A DNA stretch of 64,000 bases from a virus (taxonomy: Duplodnaviria; Heunggongvirae; Uroviricota; Caudoviricetes), in IMG/VR virus record IMGVR_UViG_3300018475_000004; one strand, 5' to 3'. The position numbers and the translations under genes were made by a program. The notes under the pieces are model-generated. The model was not told the DNA's origin and ran no database searches. It saw nothing but the letters and a program-made list of their open reading frames with translations. Of this stretch, positions 1-10,012 are shown piece after piece (the first letter of the stretch is position 1; each line of letters begins with the position of its first letter).

Positions 1-262
1 TTGTGATATGGCTAGTACTGCAACTACATTGAGTGATTCTTTTCGAGTGCTTGAATGTAGAGTCGATGAACTTGAAAGAGCGATAAGCAATGCTATTGCC
101 AATATAATTGCTCTCCAAGACGCCATCCGACCGGTGCCAGACGCGCCAGCCGAAAACCCAAAACAAAAAAGCGATTTAGAAATTTTTCCCCAAATTGAGT
201 GGGATGAAGATTTTCTTAAATTGGACAACAATATGTTCCTTATTGATTTATAAGAAATATTT

Positions 263-271
263 TGGTATAAT
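263..271 (+). promoter_or_regulatory. Extended -10 element TGGTATAAT upstream of the 291..524 ORF
   Basis: TGnTATAAT match; an AGG ribosome-binding site follows 7 nt before the ATG at 291. Confidence 0.35.
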
Positions 272-290
272 AAAAATAAAAGGTATTAGT

Positions 291-524
291 ATGGAAAAAG
301 TACATTTTAGTGATAATAAGCATTTAAAGGGTTATATGTTTGATAGTCTGGTATTCCGTTTTAAGGAATACCAGGCAAAAGCCTTTGAACACGACAAAAT
401 TGAATTGATGAAGTGTAAAGGGTTCTCTGAACCAAAAGCACATGAGGCTGTCATACGTAGGCATGAACGAGATATGATGCGTTTTATTCAGATTTTAGAT
501 GAAGCAATAGGAGAGCATGATTGA
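291..524 (+). CDS. Hypothetical early protein (78 aa)
   Basis: ATG at 291 preceded by AAAAGG; ORF-track ORF 195..524 trimmed to the start that has a ribosome-binding site. Confidence 0.5.
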   Translation: MEKVHFSDNKHLKGYMFDSLVFRFKEYQAKAFEHDKIELMKCKGFSEPKAHEAVIRRHERDMMRFIQILDEAIGEHD

Positions 525-648
525 TAAGTTGCTTGTGCAACTTTGGTTAGGTAAGTTCGTTGTGTAAAACTCCGGACAAAGCTGACGAATTTACTTGTCT
601 TATTTTTGAAATATAATGAAAGAAATATTTCAAAAAAGGAGAAAATAT

Positions 649-1176
649 ATGATAAATAAATGTGTTATGTGTGGAAATGAATTTGAGGCAATCCGTTCTA
701 CTAAAAAATACTGTAGTATAGAATGTCAAAACGCTTCGCGCAGAGAAAAATACGCCAATAAAGAAAAGAATCAAAAAGATACTTCTTATAAAGGAAAACC
801 AAAAATTTGTCCCATTTGTGGAAAAGAATTTTATCCTTTAACTTCTACGGCTCATCAAAGAACCTGTTGTTATAACTGTATGCCAAATGGAGTTCAATTA
901 ACGAGAGGAATGTTTTTAGCTAAAATAAAAGAATCTCGTGGTGGAAAATGTATAAGATGTGGATATGATAGATGTATAAAAGCATTAGAATTTCATCACA
1001 TTGACCCCTCTAAAAAAGATTTTACAATTAGCAATGACCATTTTCACTTATTAGAAGCAGTAGAAGAAAGTAAAAAATGTATTTTAATTTGTTCTAATTG
1101 TCATAAAGAACTACATGATAATCTATGGAATATTGAAGATTTGAATATTGAAGAAAGAGAGGAAGTAGAACTGTGA
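649..1176 (+). CDS. HNH homing-type endonuclease with N-terminal Cys4 zinc finger
   Basis: CxxC...CxxC pairs at the N-terminus; HNH motif EFHHIDP...N...CSNCH; ribosome-binding site AAAAAGGAGAAAA 8 nt before the ATG at 649. Confidence 0.7.
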   Translation: MINKCVMCGNEFEAIRSTKKYCSIECQNASRREKYANKEKNQKDTSYKGKPKICPICGKEFYPLTSTAHQRTCCYNCMPNGVQLTRGMFLAKIKESRGGKCIRCGYDRCIKALEFHHIDPSKKDFTISNDHFHLLEAVEESKKCILICSNCHKELHDNLWNIEDLNIEEREEVEL

Positions 1177-2365
1177 TTCTTACAAGAAAGCAAGAAGAAG
1201 GTTTGAAAATTGCCGTAGCCAGACACAGAGCACATGAAAAGTACACTGTGATTGCTGGCTACGCCTAAAGGCAGGTACAGGAAAGAGCACTCTGGTAAAA
1301 TTTATCATTGAAGCATTAGATGTAGAACATAATAAAGTTTGCTTTGCTACTTTTACAGGCAAGGCCGCCCAGGTTCTAGCTAAGAAGGGCAATAAGAACG
1401 CAATGACTCTACATCGTCTGCTTTATGATAGCGTGCCTCGTCCAGGCGGTGGATTTACTAGAATCCCAAAGAAATCTTTGGAATATACAGTCGTTGTGGT
1501 TGATGAGGTGTCCATGGCGCCCAAGAGTATTATGGATAAATTATTCTCCCATAATGTATATGTAATTTGTCTTGGCGACCCGTTCCAGTTGCCACCCATT
1601 GAGAAAGACGAGGATAATCATTTGCTTGACCATCCTCATATCTTCCTTGATGAAATTATGAGACAGGCTACTGAATCTGGTATTATCCGTTTGACTATGG
1701 ATATTCGAGACCAGAAGCCTTTGGAATATATAAAGAATGACCAAGTTCAAATTTATCCAGCCAGCGCGCTCAATACCGGAATGCTTGATTGGGCAGACCA
1801 GGTTCTTGTTGCGACTAATCTACAACGGCACAGTATGAATGATTTCATGCGTCAGCAACGAGGTTTTGGACCTGAGCCAGAAGAAGGAGATAAAGTTATT
1901 TGTCTGCGGAATTACTGGGACTGGGGTAATTTGACTAACGGCGACCCATTGGTAAATGGCACTATTGGAACATTACATGATCCCAAGTATAGTCATATCA
2001 ATGTCCCGTTTTACGCTTATGAGAAGGGTAAGATCAATATCCTTACTGGTGTATTTGAATCTGACTTAGGTGAGAATTATGGTCATATCAATATGGACCC
2101 TCGCATTATGAAGGGCGGCGAAAGCGAGCTTGAATGGCGTGATAAGTATAAGCTGAATAAGCTAAAAAATCGTATTGGCGATGTTGTGCCAAAGGAATTT
2201 ACTTATGGATATGCCATTACCTGTCATAAAGCGCAGGGTTCTGAATGGGATAACGTCTTGGTTCTGGAAGAAAAGTTCCCCTTCCAGCCCGTTGATCATG
2301 CTCGTTGGTTATACACTGCGGCCACTCGTGCGGCAGAGAAATTGGTGATTGTCACCAAAGATTGA
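1173..2365 (+). pseudogene. Dda/RecD-like SF1 DNA helicase, interrupted by a frameshift at about 1259-1274
   Basis: GTG start at 1173 overlaps the HNH stop. The N-terminus ...LTRKQEEGLKIAVARHRAHEKYTVIAGYA ends at TAA at 1266. Walker A GTGKSTLVKFIIEAL continues in the -1 frame into ORF 1403..2365 (DEVSM, C-terminal HKAQGSEWDNV). This closely resembles T4 Dda (TLTKFIIEALI, CDEVSM). Confidence 0.75.
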
Positions 2366-2390
2366 CTTACATAAAAAAAATTGATATAAT
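2362..2390 (+). promoter_or_regulatory. SigA-type promoter TTGACT-N17-TGaTATAAT upstream of the polymerase gene (copy 1 of a duplicated cassette)
   Basis: Perfect -35 TTGACT at 2362-2367, 17-nt A-rich spacer, extended -10 TGATATAAT at 2382-2390; identical 30-mer at 9953-9982. Confidence 0.55.
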
Positions 2391-2425
2391 ATAGTATAAT
2401 AAGTAAAAAGAAAGAGGATAATAGA

Positions 2426-5400
2426 ATGACAACTTACTTCAATATTCACAATCATACTATGTATTCTAATATCCGCTTGCTCGATTGTATCAATAGACCA
2501 AAAGACCTCATTGACAAAGCGATTGAGTTGGGTCTTTCTGGCATTGCGATTACTGACCATGAATGTATTAGTGGTCATATGGAAGTAAATCAATATGCGA
2601 AGGAAGTTAAAAAGAACCATCCCGACTTCAAAATCGCTTTAGGCAATGAGGTTTATTTAGTAGATAAACGAGAAAGTGGTATAAAATATTATCACTTTAT
2701 TTTAGTTGCGAAGGATGCCATCGGACATAAGACACTTCGTGAATTGAGTTCTATTGCATGGTATTACGCTTATACTGATAGAGGTATGAAGCGTGTGCCA
2801 ATCACGAAAGAAGAAATGACTAAAATCATTAGCAAATATCGTGGCCATGTAATTGCGACCTCTGCTTGTCTTGGTGGTGAATTATCTACCGCCGCCTGGA
2901 ATATGTCGCAGGCTGAACGAGTAAATGATATGGTAAACGCAAAGGTTTATTATGACCAGATTTGCGATTTTATTGATTATTGTCGAGGCTTGTTTGGTGA
3001 TGATTTTTATATTGAGTGCGCTCCCTCAAGCGCAAGTCAACAATGTGAGGTCAACCGCAAACTAATGAGAATTGCGAAAGCATATGGTATCAATATGGTT
3101 GTTGGTACTGACTCTCATTATTTGACAAAAGAAGATAGATTTGTCCATAAATCTTATTTGAACTCAAAAGATGGTGAACGAGAAGTTGATGACTTCTATG
3201 AGTTCGCATATTTAATGAGTCCAGAAGAGTGTCGAACATTATTGTCAAAGTCATTTAGTGATGTTGATATTGATGATATTTTTGCGGCGACCTTAGAAGC
3301 TCAGAGTAAAATTGAAGATTACTCTTTGGAGCGTAAGCAGATTATTCCTAAAGTTCAAGTTCCATTTTATGATAATCTTTGGGATTTATTGCCAGAAGAT
3401 ATTCAATGGGATTCTTATCAGTGGCCCACTTTAGATCGCATTATTTGTGCGGGTAATGATCAAGAGAGATATTGGTTGGGTGAATGCTTGAAGAGTATGC
3501 ACGAAAAAGGCTTCATTGATAAGAGAGAATATTGGGATAGACTTGAAACGGAGGCAGACGTAATTGACGACATTGGAAGAAAGCTTGAAGATTGTCTCTT
3601 CGCTTATTTCAACACATTCAAACACTATATTGACCTCTTCTGGGAGTGCGGCAGTATCGTTGGTCCAGGACGAGGTTCAGCGACTGGATTCCTCTCTAAC
3701 TATCTCTTGGGTATCACCCAACTTGATCCAGTACGATGGAAGTTACCATATTGGCGCTTTCTTAACAAAGAAAGAGCTGAGTTGCCCGATATTGATATTG
3801 ACCTCGCTCCCTCAAAGCGACCAGAAATCTTTCGAAGAATTCGGAAAGAAAGAGGTGAACTTGGACTTATCCAAGTTGGAACCTTCGGCACAGAAGGAAC
3901 TAAATCAGCCATCCTTACCGCCTGCCGAGGATACCGAAGTGAAGATTTTCCTGATGGAATTGATGTCGACCAAGCCCAATATATGTCATCTCTAATCCCA
4001 CAGGAACGTGGTTTTTTGTGGTCTATTGATGATGTTGTTAATGGTAATGAAAGTAAAGACAGAAAGCCTGTTGTTGCTTTCATTCGAGAAGTAAATCAGT
4101 ATCCTGGTTTGCTAAATATTATCAAGTCCATTGATGGACTTGTAAATAAATGTTCTTCTCACGCATCTGGTGTTATCTTATATGGTGATGATCCATTTGA
4201 TACAGCAGCTTTTATGAGAACTCCTAGTGGTGACTTGATTACCTGTTATGACCTACATAAAGCTGAGGCCGCAGGTGATACTAAGTACGACTTCCTGGTT
4301 ACTGAAATTTCTGATAAGATTATTAAATGTTTTGAACTTTTGGTAGCAGATAAAGTAATTCCAGATTTGAGTTTGCGTGAATTATATAATAAATATATCC
4401 ATCCAGAAGTAATGGATACAACTGACCAGCGCATTTGGGATCACCTTGCGGCCGGTGATGTTCTGGACGTGTTTCAGTTCAGCACAGGTGTCGGTCTAGC
4501 CATTGCGAAAAAGTTGAAGCCTCAAAATCCTATGGAGATGACTGCGGCAAACGCCATGATGAGACTGATGAGCGAAAAAGGCAAAGAGTCTCAGCAGGAC
4601 AGATACGTCCGTATTCAACGGAAAGGTTTGACTGAGTTTCATCGAGAAATGGTTCAAGCAGGACTTGATTCTAATATGATTGCGTTGATGCATAAGCATT
4701 GTGATCAATATTGGGGTTGTTGTGCAATCCAGGAGCAAATGATGGAACTGTTGATGGATGTCGCTGGCTTCACATTAGGTGAAGCAAATACCGCAAGAAA
4801 GATTGTCGGTAAAAAGCAAATGAGTAAGATTCCGCAGTTGCGCGAGGATGTATATAGTAGATTTGACCATGTCAATTCTGCGAATTACTTCTGGGAAAAT
4901 GCGGTTGCCCCTCAGTTAGGATACGCATTTAGCTTGAATCACTCATTACCTTATTCATTCGTTGGTATGCAATCTATTTATCTTGCCATGAATTTCAATC
5001 CCATCTACTGGAATACAGCTTGTCTGATTGTCAATAGTGGTTCTTTGGAAGATAATAGTGAAGAAGAGATTGTTGATATTTATGAGCCAGAAGGACAAGA
5101 CCTAAGCGAAGGCGTGACTTTCCAGGATCTGCCCGATCGGTCTGGTAAGATTCGTAAGACCGCAAGCACTGACTATGGTAAGATTGCTAAGGCAATTGGA
5201 GATATTCGTGCGGCTGGCATCAAGGTGAGTCTGGTTGATATCAATAAATCTCAATTTGGATTTGCTCCCGACGTGGAAAATAATCGTATTCTGTTTGGTT
5301 TGAAAGGTATGCTAAATGTCGGCGATGATGTTATCGCCGCAATCATCGCAAATAGACCATATGCTTCTCCCAAGGATTTCTTACAGAAAGTAAAGCCCGG

Positions 5401-6391
5401 TAAGCAAGCAATGATTTCTCTAATCAAGGGCGGTGCCTTTGATGATATGGAAGATCGTCGTTTCGTAATGGCATGGTATCTGTGGGAGACTTGTGATAAG
5501 AAGAGCCGTTTGACTTTACAGAATATGGGTGGTCTTATCAAGCATGGTTTATTACCTGAATCCACAGAAGAGCAAATTATGGCTCGTAGAGTTTATGAGT
5601 TCAATCGTTATCTAAAAGCAATTACAAAGGCTGATGAATGTGCTTACAAAGATATGTATAGTCTTGATCCACGAGCAATTTCATTCTTACATGAAATTGA
5701 ATGTGAAGACTTGATGGAAAGCGATAATCTCGCTTGGTTTATCAAAGTCAAGACTTGGGATAATGTATATCAGAAGTATATGAACATTTTCAGAAATTGG
5801 ATTGCTACTGATAAGGAAGAAATCCTTGAAGCATTGAATACAAAAATCTTCATGGAAGACTGGGAGAAATATGCCCAGGGCAGTATCTCCGCATGGGAGA
5901 TGGAAGTATTGTGCTTCTATTATCATGAGCACGAATTGGCTCATGTAAATAATGACAAGTATGGCTTTGTTGATTTCTTTGCTTTGCCAGAAGACCCCGT
6001 AATTGAAAAGACTTTTAAAAAGGGTGACAAAGAAATCCATATCTTTCACTTGAATCGTATTTGCGGAACTTGTATCGCGAAGAATAAAACTAAGAGTACA
6101 GTTACTATTTTGACTAACACAGGTGTTGTAAATGTGAAATTTAGAAAAGAATATTTCACATTATTTGATAAGCAGATTTCTGCTCGTCAACCCGATGGAA
6201 CTAAGAAGATCATGGAAAAGTCCTGGTTCAATCGAGGTAATATGATTGTGGTAACTGGTATTCGTTCTGGTGATGATTTCATTTCTAAGAAGTATGCTTC
6301 AACTGGTGGACACCAGTTATATAAAATTGATAAAATTTATCCTAATGGTGATTTGAAACTATTAGATGCTCGTTATCAAGGAGACGAATAA
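2426..6391 (+). CDS. dnaE: DnaE-type (family C) DNA polymerase III alpha subunit with N-terminal PHP domain
   Basis: PHP motifs HNHTMYS / GIAITDHE at the N-terminus; palm motif LPDIDIDL...GTFGT; 1321 aa; ribosome-binding site AAGAAAGAGGA. Confidence 0.85.
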   Translation: MTTYFNIHNHTMYSNIRLLDCINRPKDLIDKAIELGLSGIAITDHECISGHMEVNQYAKEVKKNHPDFKIALGNEVYLVDKRESGIKYYHFILVAKDAIGHKTLRELSSIAWYYAYTDRGMKRVPITKEEMTKIISKYRGHVIATSACLGGELSTAAWNMSQAERVNDMVNAKVYYDQICDFIDYCRGLFGDDFYIECAPSSASQQCEVNRKLMRIAKAYGINMVVGTDSHYLTKEDRFVHKSYLNSKDGEREVDDFYEFAYLMSPEECRTLLSKSFSDVDIDDIFAATLEAQSKIEDYSLERKQIIPKVQVPFYDNLWDLLPEDIQWDSYQWPTLDRIICAGNDQERYWLGECLKSMHEKGFIDKREYWDRLETEADVIDDIGRKLEDCLFAYFNTFKHYIDLFWECGSIVGPGRGSATGFLSNYLLGITQLDPVRWKLPYWRFLNKERAELPDIDIDLAPSKRPEIFRRIRKERGELGLIQVGTFGTEGTKSAILTACRGYRSEDFPDGIDVDQAQYMSSLIPQERGFLWSIDDVVNGNESKDRKPVVAFIREVNQYPGLLNIIKSIDGLVNKCSSHASGVILYGDDPFDTAAFMRTPSGDLITCYDLHKAEAAGDTKYDFLVTEISDKIIKCFELLVADKVIPDLSLRELYNKYIHPEVMDTTDQRIWDHLAAGDVLDVFQFSTGVGLAIAKKLKPQNPMEMTAANAMMRLMSEKGKESQQDRYVRIQRKGLTEFHREMVQAGLDSNMIALMHKHCDQYWGCCAIQEQMMELLMDVAGFTLGEANTARKIVGKKQMSKIPQLREDVYSRFDHVNSANYFWENAVAPQLGYAFSLNHSLPYSFVGMQSIYLAMNFNPIYWNTACLIVNSGSLEDNSEEEIVDIYEPEGQDLSEGVTFQDLPDRSGKIRKTASTDYGKIAKAIGDIRAAGIKVSLVDINKSQFGFAPDVENNRILFGLKGMLNVGDDVIAAIIANRPYASPKDFLQKVKPGKQAMISLIKGGAFDDMEDRRFVMAWYLWETCDKKSRLTLQNMGGLIKHGLLPESTEEQIMARRVYEFNRYLKAITKADECAYKDMYSLDPRAISFLHEIECEDLMESDNLAWFIKVKTWDNVYQKYMNIFRNWIATDKEEILEALNTKIFMEDWEKYAQGSISAWEMEVLCFYYHEHELAHVNNDKYGFVDFFALPEDPVIEKTFKKGDKEIHIFHLNRICGTCIAKNKTKSTVTILTNTGVVNVKFRKEYFTLFDKQISARQPDGTKKIMEKSWFNRGNMIVVTGIRSGDDFISKKYASTGGHQLYKIDKIYPNGDLKLLDARYQGDE

Positions 6392-6586
6392 ATGATCCAA
6401 AAAAGAAAAGTAAAAGCTATGTATGTTGTGCAGATTGTCTGTGAAGAGTGCGGTAAGCCCATGCGTTGCACTCATACACTCTGTACTTATCCTGCACAGC
6501 ACTGCTATGAGTGTTTGAATTGCGGAACGACTACAACAAGCACTACTAAAAATGGCAGTATTGAATATGAGTTCGAGGATGAATAA
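6392..6586 (+). CDS. Small zinc-ribbon protein (64 aa)
   Basis: CEEC...C..C...CYEC..C cysteine pairs; start overlaps the polymerase stop (TAAATG). Confidence 0.5.
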   Translation: MIQKRKVKAMYVVQIVCEECGKPMRCTHTLCTYPAQHCYECLNCGTTTTSTTKNGSIEYEFEDE

Positions 6587-6587
6587 A

Positions 6588-7154
6588 ATGTATAAAATCG
6601 TTGCTTTGTTTGGCGAGGCAGGCTCCGGCAAGGACTTTATGTTGAATAAGGTCCTCGCTATGAGACCTGACTGGCATAAAATTATTAGCTGTACTACTCG
6701 TCCTATGAGACAGGGTGAACAGCATGGTGTGAATTATTTTTATCACACAATGGATGAGTTCAAAGAAAAAATTAACAATGACCAAATGCTTGAATGTGTA
6801 ATGTTCAATAATTGGTATTACGGCACAAGTACCGAGTCTGTGGTTGAAGATAATATCAATGTTGGAGTTTTCAATCCTCAAGGCATCCATGATCTCTTGG
6901 CTCGTGGGGATTGTGAAGTTCTAGCTATTCGTTTGCGGACGCCCGATAAGTTGCGTCTAATGCGTCAGTTGAATCGAGAAGAAGATCCTGACGTCAAGGA
7001 AGTTTGTCGTCGCTTCTTAGCTGACTATTCTGATTTTGGCGAGATTGATTTCCCATTTTTTGAAATTAGAAACGCCACTGAATTGGACGGTTGGACTGGC
7101 CCTGAAGAGATTGTGTACCAGACCGAGACCACATTCGCCCAAGGACGAGATTGA
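6588..7154 (+). CDS. Guanylate kinase-like (deoxy)nucleoside monophosphate kinase
   Basis: P-loop GEAGSGKD plus guanylate-kinase signature TTRPMRQGEQHGVNYFY; ATG at 6588 directly after the upstream TAA. Confidence 0.7.
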   Translation: MYKIVALFGEAGSGKDFMLNKVLAMRPDWHKIISCTTRPMRQGEQHGVNYFYHTMDEFKEKINNDQMLECVMFNNWYYGTSTESVVEDNINVGVFNPQGIHDLLARGDCEVLAIRLRTPDKLRLMRQLNREEDPDVKEVCRRFLADYSDFGEIDFPFFEIRNATELDGWTGPEEIVYQTETTFAQGRD

Positions 7155-7198
7155 TTAAGTGATCAATCCATAAACCCATATTTAGTAGAGAAATTTTG

Positions 7199-7228
7199 CC
7201 CTCTACACAAGATGTAGGGTTTTTAATT
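7199..7228 (+). terminator. Hairpin followed by a T-run after the kinase gene
   Basis: Stem CCCTCTACA/TGTAGGG with a U-run TTTTTAATT. Confidence 0.4.
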
Positions 7229-7241
7229 GGAGGTAATATAT

Positions 7242-9446
7242 ATGTATGTAATTAAACGAGATGGAACAAGAGTTCTATTCAATCCCGATAAGATTGTTCA
7301 AGCTATCAACAAAGCTATGATTAGCACTTACGGCGCAGTCTATGAGACTGAAACTGCCGAAGAGATTGCCGATTTAATTGGTCAGCGCAATGTTGATATG
7401 AGCGTTGAGCAAATCCAAGATTTAGTTGAAGGATACTTGATGAAGAGCGAGTATCCAGAAGTAGCAAAAGAATATATCCTATATCGCGACCAGCGTAGTA
7501 AAGAGCGCACTCGTCGCAGCAAGTTAGTCAAAGCAGTAATGAAGCGCATTGAAGCTACTGCAGTAGAAAATGCTAATGCTAATGTTGACGAAAAGAGCTT
7601 CTCTGGTAGAGAGAAAGAGGCTTCCGCAGATATTCAGAAGATTATTGCCCTCGATTATACTTTGTCTCCAGAAGTCTCAAATGCTCACAAGAATATGTTG
7701 TTATATCAACATGATATGGAAAAGACTAATATCGGCCAGCATAACTGCTTGTTCGTTGATATGAAGAAGCTATTTACCGATGGCTTTATAACCCGTAATG
7801 GTGATGTAAGACCACCTTCTAATTTCAGTAGTGCTTGTCAACAAACTGCTGTTATTGACCAGTGCCAGTCTCAAGTTCAGTTCGGTGGTGTTGGTACTGT
7901 TCACTTGGATTATGACTTGGCTCCTTTCGTAAAGAAGAGTTATAAGAAGAAGCTAATGCAGTATTATACTGACGTCCAAGAGATGAGTGAAGAGGATGCT
8001 GAATTAGTTATTCATGCCAAGTTCCCCGATTTGGATATGGGTAATCCCGCATATGCAGATGATCCTGCACATAAGTTTGCGGTCCGCCAGGTTGAGCGCG
8101 AAGGCACCCAGGCTGCCGAAGCTATGTATCACAACTTGAATACATTAGAGTCTCGCGCAGGTTCTCAGGTTCCTTTCACTTCTATTAATTTTGGTAGAGA
8201 CGAATCTGTTGAAGGTCGTTTCGTATCTCGCAAGATGTTAGAGGCTTCCTTGTCTGGTATTGGTAAGCATCATCTAACTCCTATTTTCCCAATTAGTATT
8301 TTCCAATATAAGCAGGGTTGTAATGCTAATCCCGAAGATCCTAACTATGATTTGAAGCAGTTGGCTATCGAATCTTTAAGTAAGCGCATTTATCCCAACT
8401 TTGTCAATTGTGATTATTCCGAAGCACATGAAGACCCAAATAATATTGACACATATTTCGCAACAATGGGTTGCCGCACAATGTTGGGTTATGACAGACA
8501 CAGCAAATCTTATAATCGCGTCGGACGTGGTAACCTTGTTCCTAATACTATGATTTTGCCAAAGCTCGGTATCGAATATGGTATCTGCCTTGGTGAGCGT
8601 GAGACCCCAGACTTAGACGGCTTCTGGTCTGCGTTTGAGGATTTATTGATGCTATGTGAACAAGGTTTATTAGAGCGCTTTGATATTATGGTTAATCAGC
8701 CACCTGAGGCCGCTCCATTTATGTATCAAAATGGTACTATGAAGGATGCTCAGAAGTGCAAAATGTCTAACTATGAAGCATTGAAGCACGGCACTTTAGC
8801 TATGGGTTATATCGGTATTGCTGAAATGTGCCAGGCTCTGTTTGGTAAGAATCACGCAGAAGACTCCGAAGTTCATGCTTTCGCTTTGAAGGTTGTCAAG
8901 AGAATCAATGAATACGCTAAGGAAGCTTCCGAGCGTCACGATTTGAATTTCTCTTGTTATGCTACTCCTGCGGAAGGTCTATGCCATACCGCGCTGAAGG
9001 GCTTACGTAAGCAATATGGAATCATTCCTAATGTTACTGATAAGGAGTTCTTGACTAACAGTCACCATGTTCCTGTTTGGCAGGAAGTTGGTATCTTTGA
9101 GAAGTTAGCTATTGAAGCTCCTTTCTGTAAGTATCCTACTGGTGGTTGTATCACTTATGTAGAATTGGATTCTACTTTCGTAAAGAATACTAAGGCTATC
9201 GAGCAGATTATTGATTATGCTTTCAAAGAGCTAGATATCCCTTATTTAGCTTTCAACTTCCCAATCGACTCTTGCTTAGATTGTGGTTATCAAGGCGAGT
9301 TCAATGATGCTTGTCCCGAGTGCGGAAGCCAGAATATTCAACAGCTTCGTCGTGTAACTGGTTATTTGACTACTGACTATCGCCATTTCAACAACGGAAA
9401 ACAAGCAGAGGTTGAACACCGCGTCAAGCATTCTCAATTTTCCTAA
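7242..9446 (+). CDS. nrdD: Anaerobic ribonucleoside-triphosphate reductase (class III)
   Basis: ATP-cone N-terminus VIKRDGTRVLFNPDKIVQAINKA; C-terminal glycyl-radical region RRVTGYL and a CxxC zinc ribbon; ribosome-binding site GGAGG 8 nt upstream of the ATG at 7242. Confidence 0.9.
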   Translation: MYVIKRDGTRVLFNPDKIVQAINKAMISTYGAVYETETAEEIADLIGQRNVDMSVEQIQDLVEGYLMKSEYPEVAKEYILYRDQRSKERTRRSKLVKAVMKRIEATAVENANANVDEKSFSGREKEASADIQKIIALDYTLSPEVSNAHKNMLLYQHDMEKTNIGQHNCLFVDMKKLFTDGFITRNGDVRPPSNFSSACQQTAVIDQCQSQVQFGGVGTVHLDYDLAPFVKKSYKKKLMQYYTDVQEMSEEDAELVIHAKFPDLDMGNPAYADDPAHKFAVRQVEREGTQAAEAMYHNLNTLESRAGSQVPFTSINFGRDESVEGRFVSRKMLEASLSGIGKHHLTPIFPISIFQYKQGCNANPEDPNYDLKQLAIESLSKRIYPNFVNCDYSEAHEDPNNIDTYFATMGCRTMLGYDRHSKSYNRVGRGNLVPNTMILPKLGIEYGICLGERETPDLDGFWSAFEDLLMLCEQGLLERFDIMVNQPPEAAPFMYQNGTMKDAQKCKMSNYEALKHGTLAMGYIGIAEMCQALFGKNHAEDSEVHAFALKVVKRINEYAKEASERHDLNFSCYATPAEGLCHTALKGLRKQYGIIPNVTDKEFLTNSHHVPVWQEVGIFEKLAIEAPFCKYPTGGCITYVELDSTFVKNTKAIEQIIDYAFKELDIPYLAFNFPIDSCLDCGYQGEFNDACPECGSQNIQQLRRVTGYLTTDYRHFNNGKQAEVEHRVKHSQFS

Positions 9447-9493
9447 CTGTTGCTAACTACAACTTAGCTACGCTATAAGAAAGAGAGATAACT

Positions 9494-9976
9494 ATGAGAT
9501 ACAGTGGATTGATACTAAATGATATCACCGCTGCTCCAGGTTTATGTGTAAGCTTTTTTACACAAGGCTGTCCTCATCATTGTCCTGGGTGTCATAATCC
9601 TGGCACCTGGGCCTTTGATGGAGGTAAGGAGTTTACAAATAATACTTTACATAAGATTTTAGAAGGACTAACCGCACAAGGAATCAAGCGTAATTTATGT
9701 ATTATGGGCGGTGAACCTTTGTGTGAAGCAAATGCTTTTCTGGTAAATTTGATTCTCCAAGAGGTAAGACATAAGCTTCCAGAAGTGAAGATATATATTT
9801 GGAGCGGCTACACTTATGAAGAATTATTGCGGTCTGGCGACCCTCATGTCAAATCATGTCTGGAATTAGCGGACGTCCTAATCGACGGTCCATATATTGA
9901 AGCAGAGCGAGATTTGACTCTAGAAATGAGAGGCTCTCGCAACCAGCGTATAATTGACTTACATAAAAAAAATTGA
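9494..9976 (+). CDS. nrdG: Anaerobic RNR activating enzyme (radical SAM)
   Basis: CPHHCPGCHNP radical-SAM cysteine motif; 160 aa immediately downstream of nrdD. Confidence 0.85.
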   Translation: MRYSGLILNDITAAPGLCVSFFTQGCPHHCPGCHNPGTWAFDGGKEFTNNTLHKILEGLTAQGIKRNLCIMGGEPLCEANAFLVNLILQEVRHKLPEVKIYIWSGYTYEELLRSGDPHVKSCLELADVLIDGPYIEAERDLTLEMRGSRNQRIIDLHKKN

Positions 9977-9982
9977 TATAAT
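9953..9982 (+). promoter_or_regulatory. SigA-type promoter TTGACT-N17-TGaTATAAT (copy 2, identical 30-mer) upstream of the 10013 ORF
   Basis: ATTGACTTACATAAAAAAAATTGATATAAT is identical to 2361-2390; the -35 lies inside the last nrdG codons. Confidence 0.55.
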
Positions 9983-10012
9983 TTAGTATAAAGAGTAAAA
10001 GGAGGTCTTGAT

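Noticed and set aside
8-253. GC-rich ORF 8..253 as a possible foreign insertion
   Set aside because: It is only 81 aa with a local GC rise and no recognisable domains. It is kept out of the features as uncertain, and it may be truncated at the window edge.
1180-3625. Short minus-strand ORFs inside the helicase and polymerase genes (1180..1392, 1541..1750, 2309..2620, 3431..3625)
   Set aside because: They are antisense to well-supported coding sequence and have no ribosome-binding site.
2426-6391. Intein or intron inside the large polymerase gene
   Set aside because: The ORF is contiguous, with no Hint-like blocks, and the length is explained by the PHP domain plus DnaE core.
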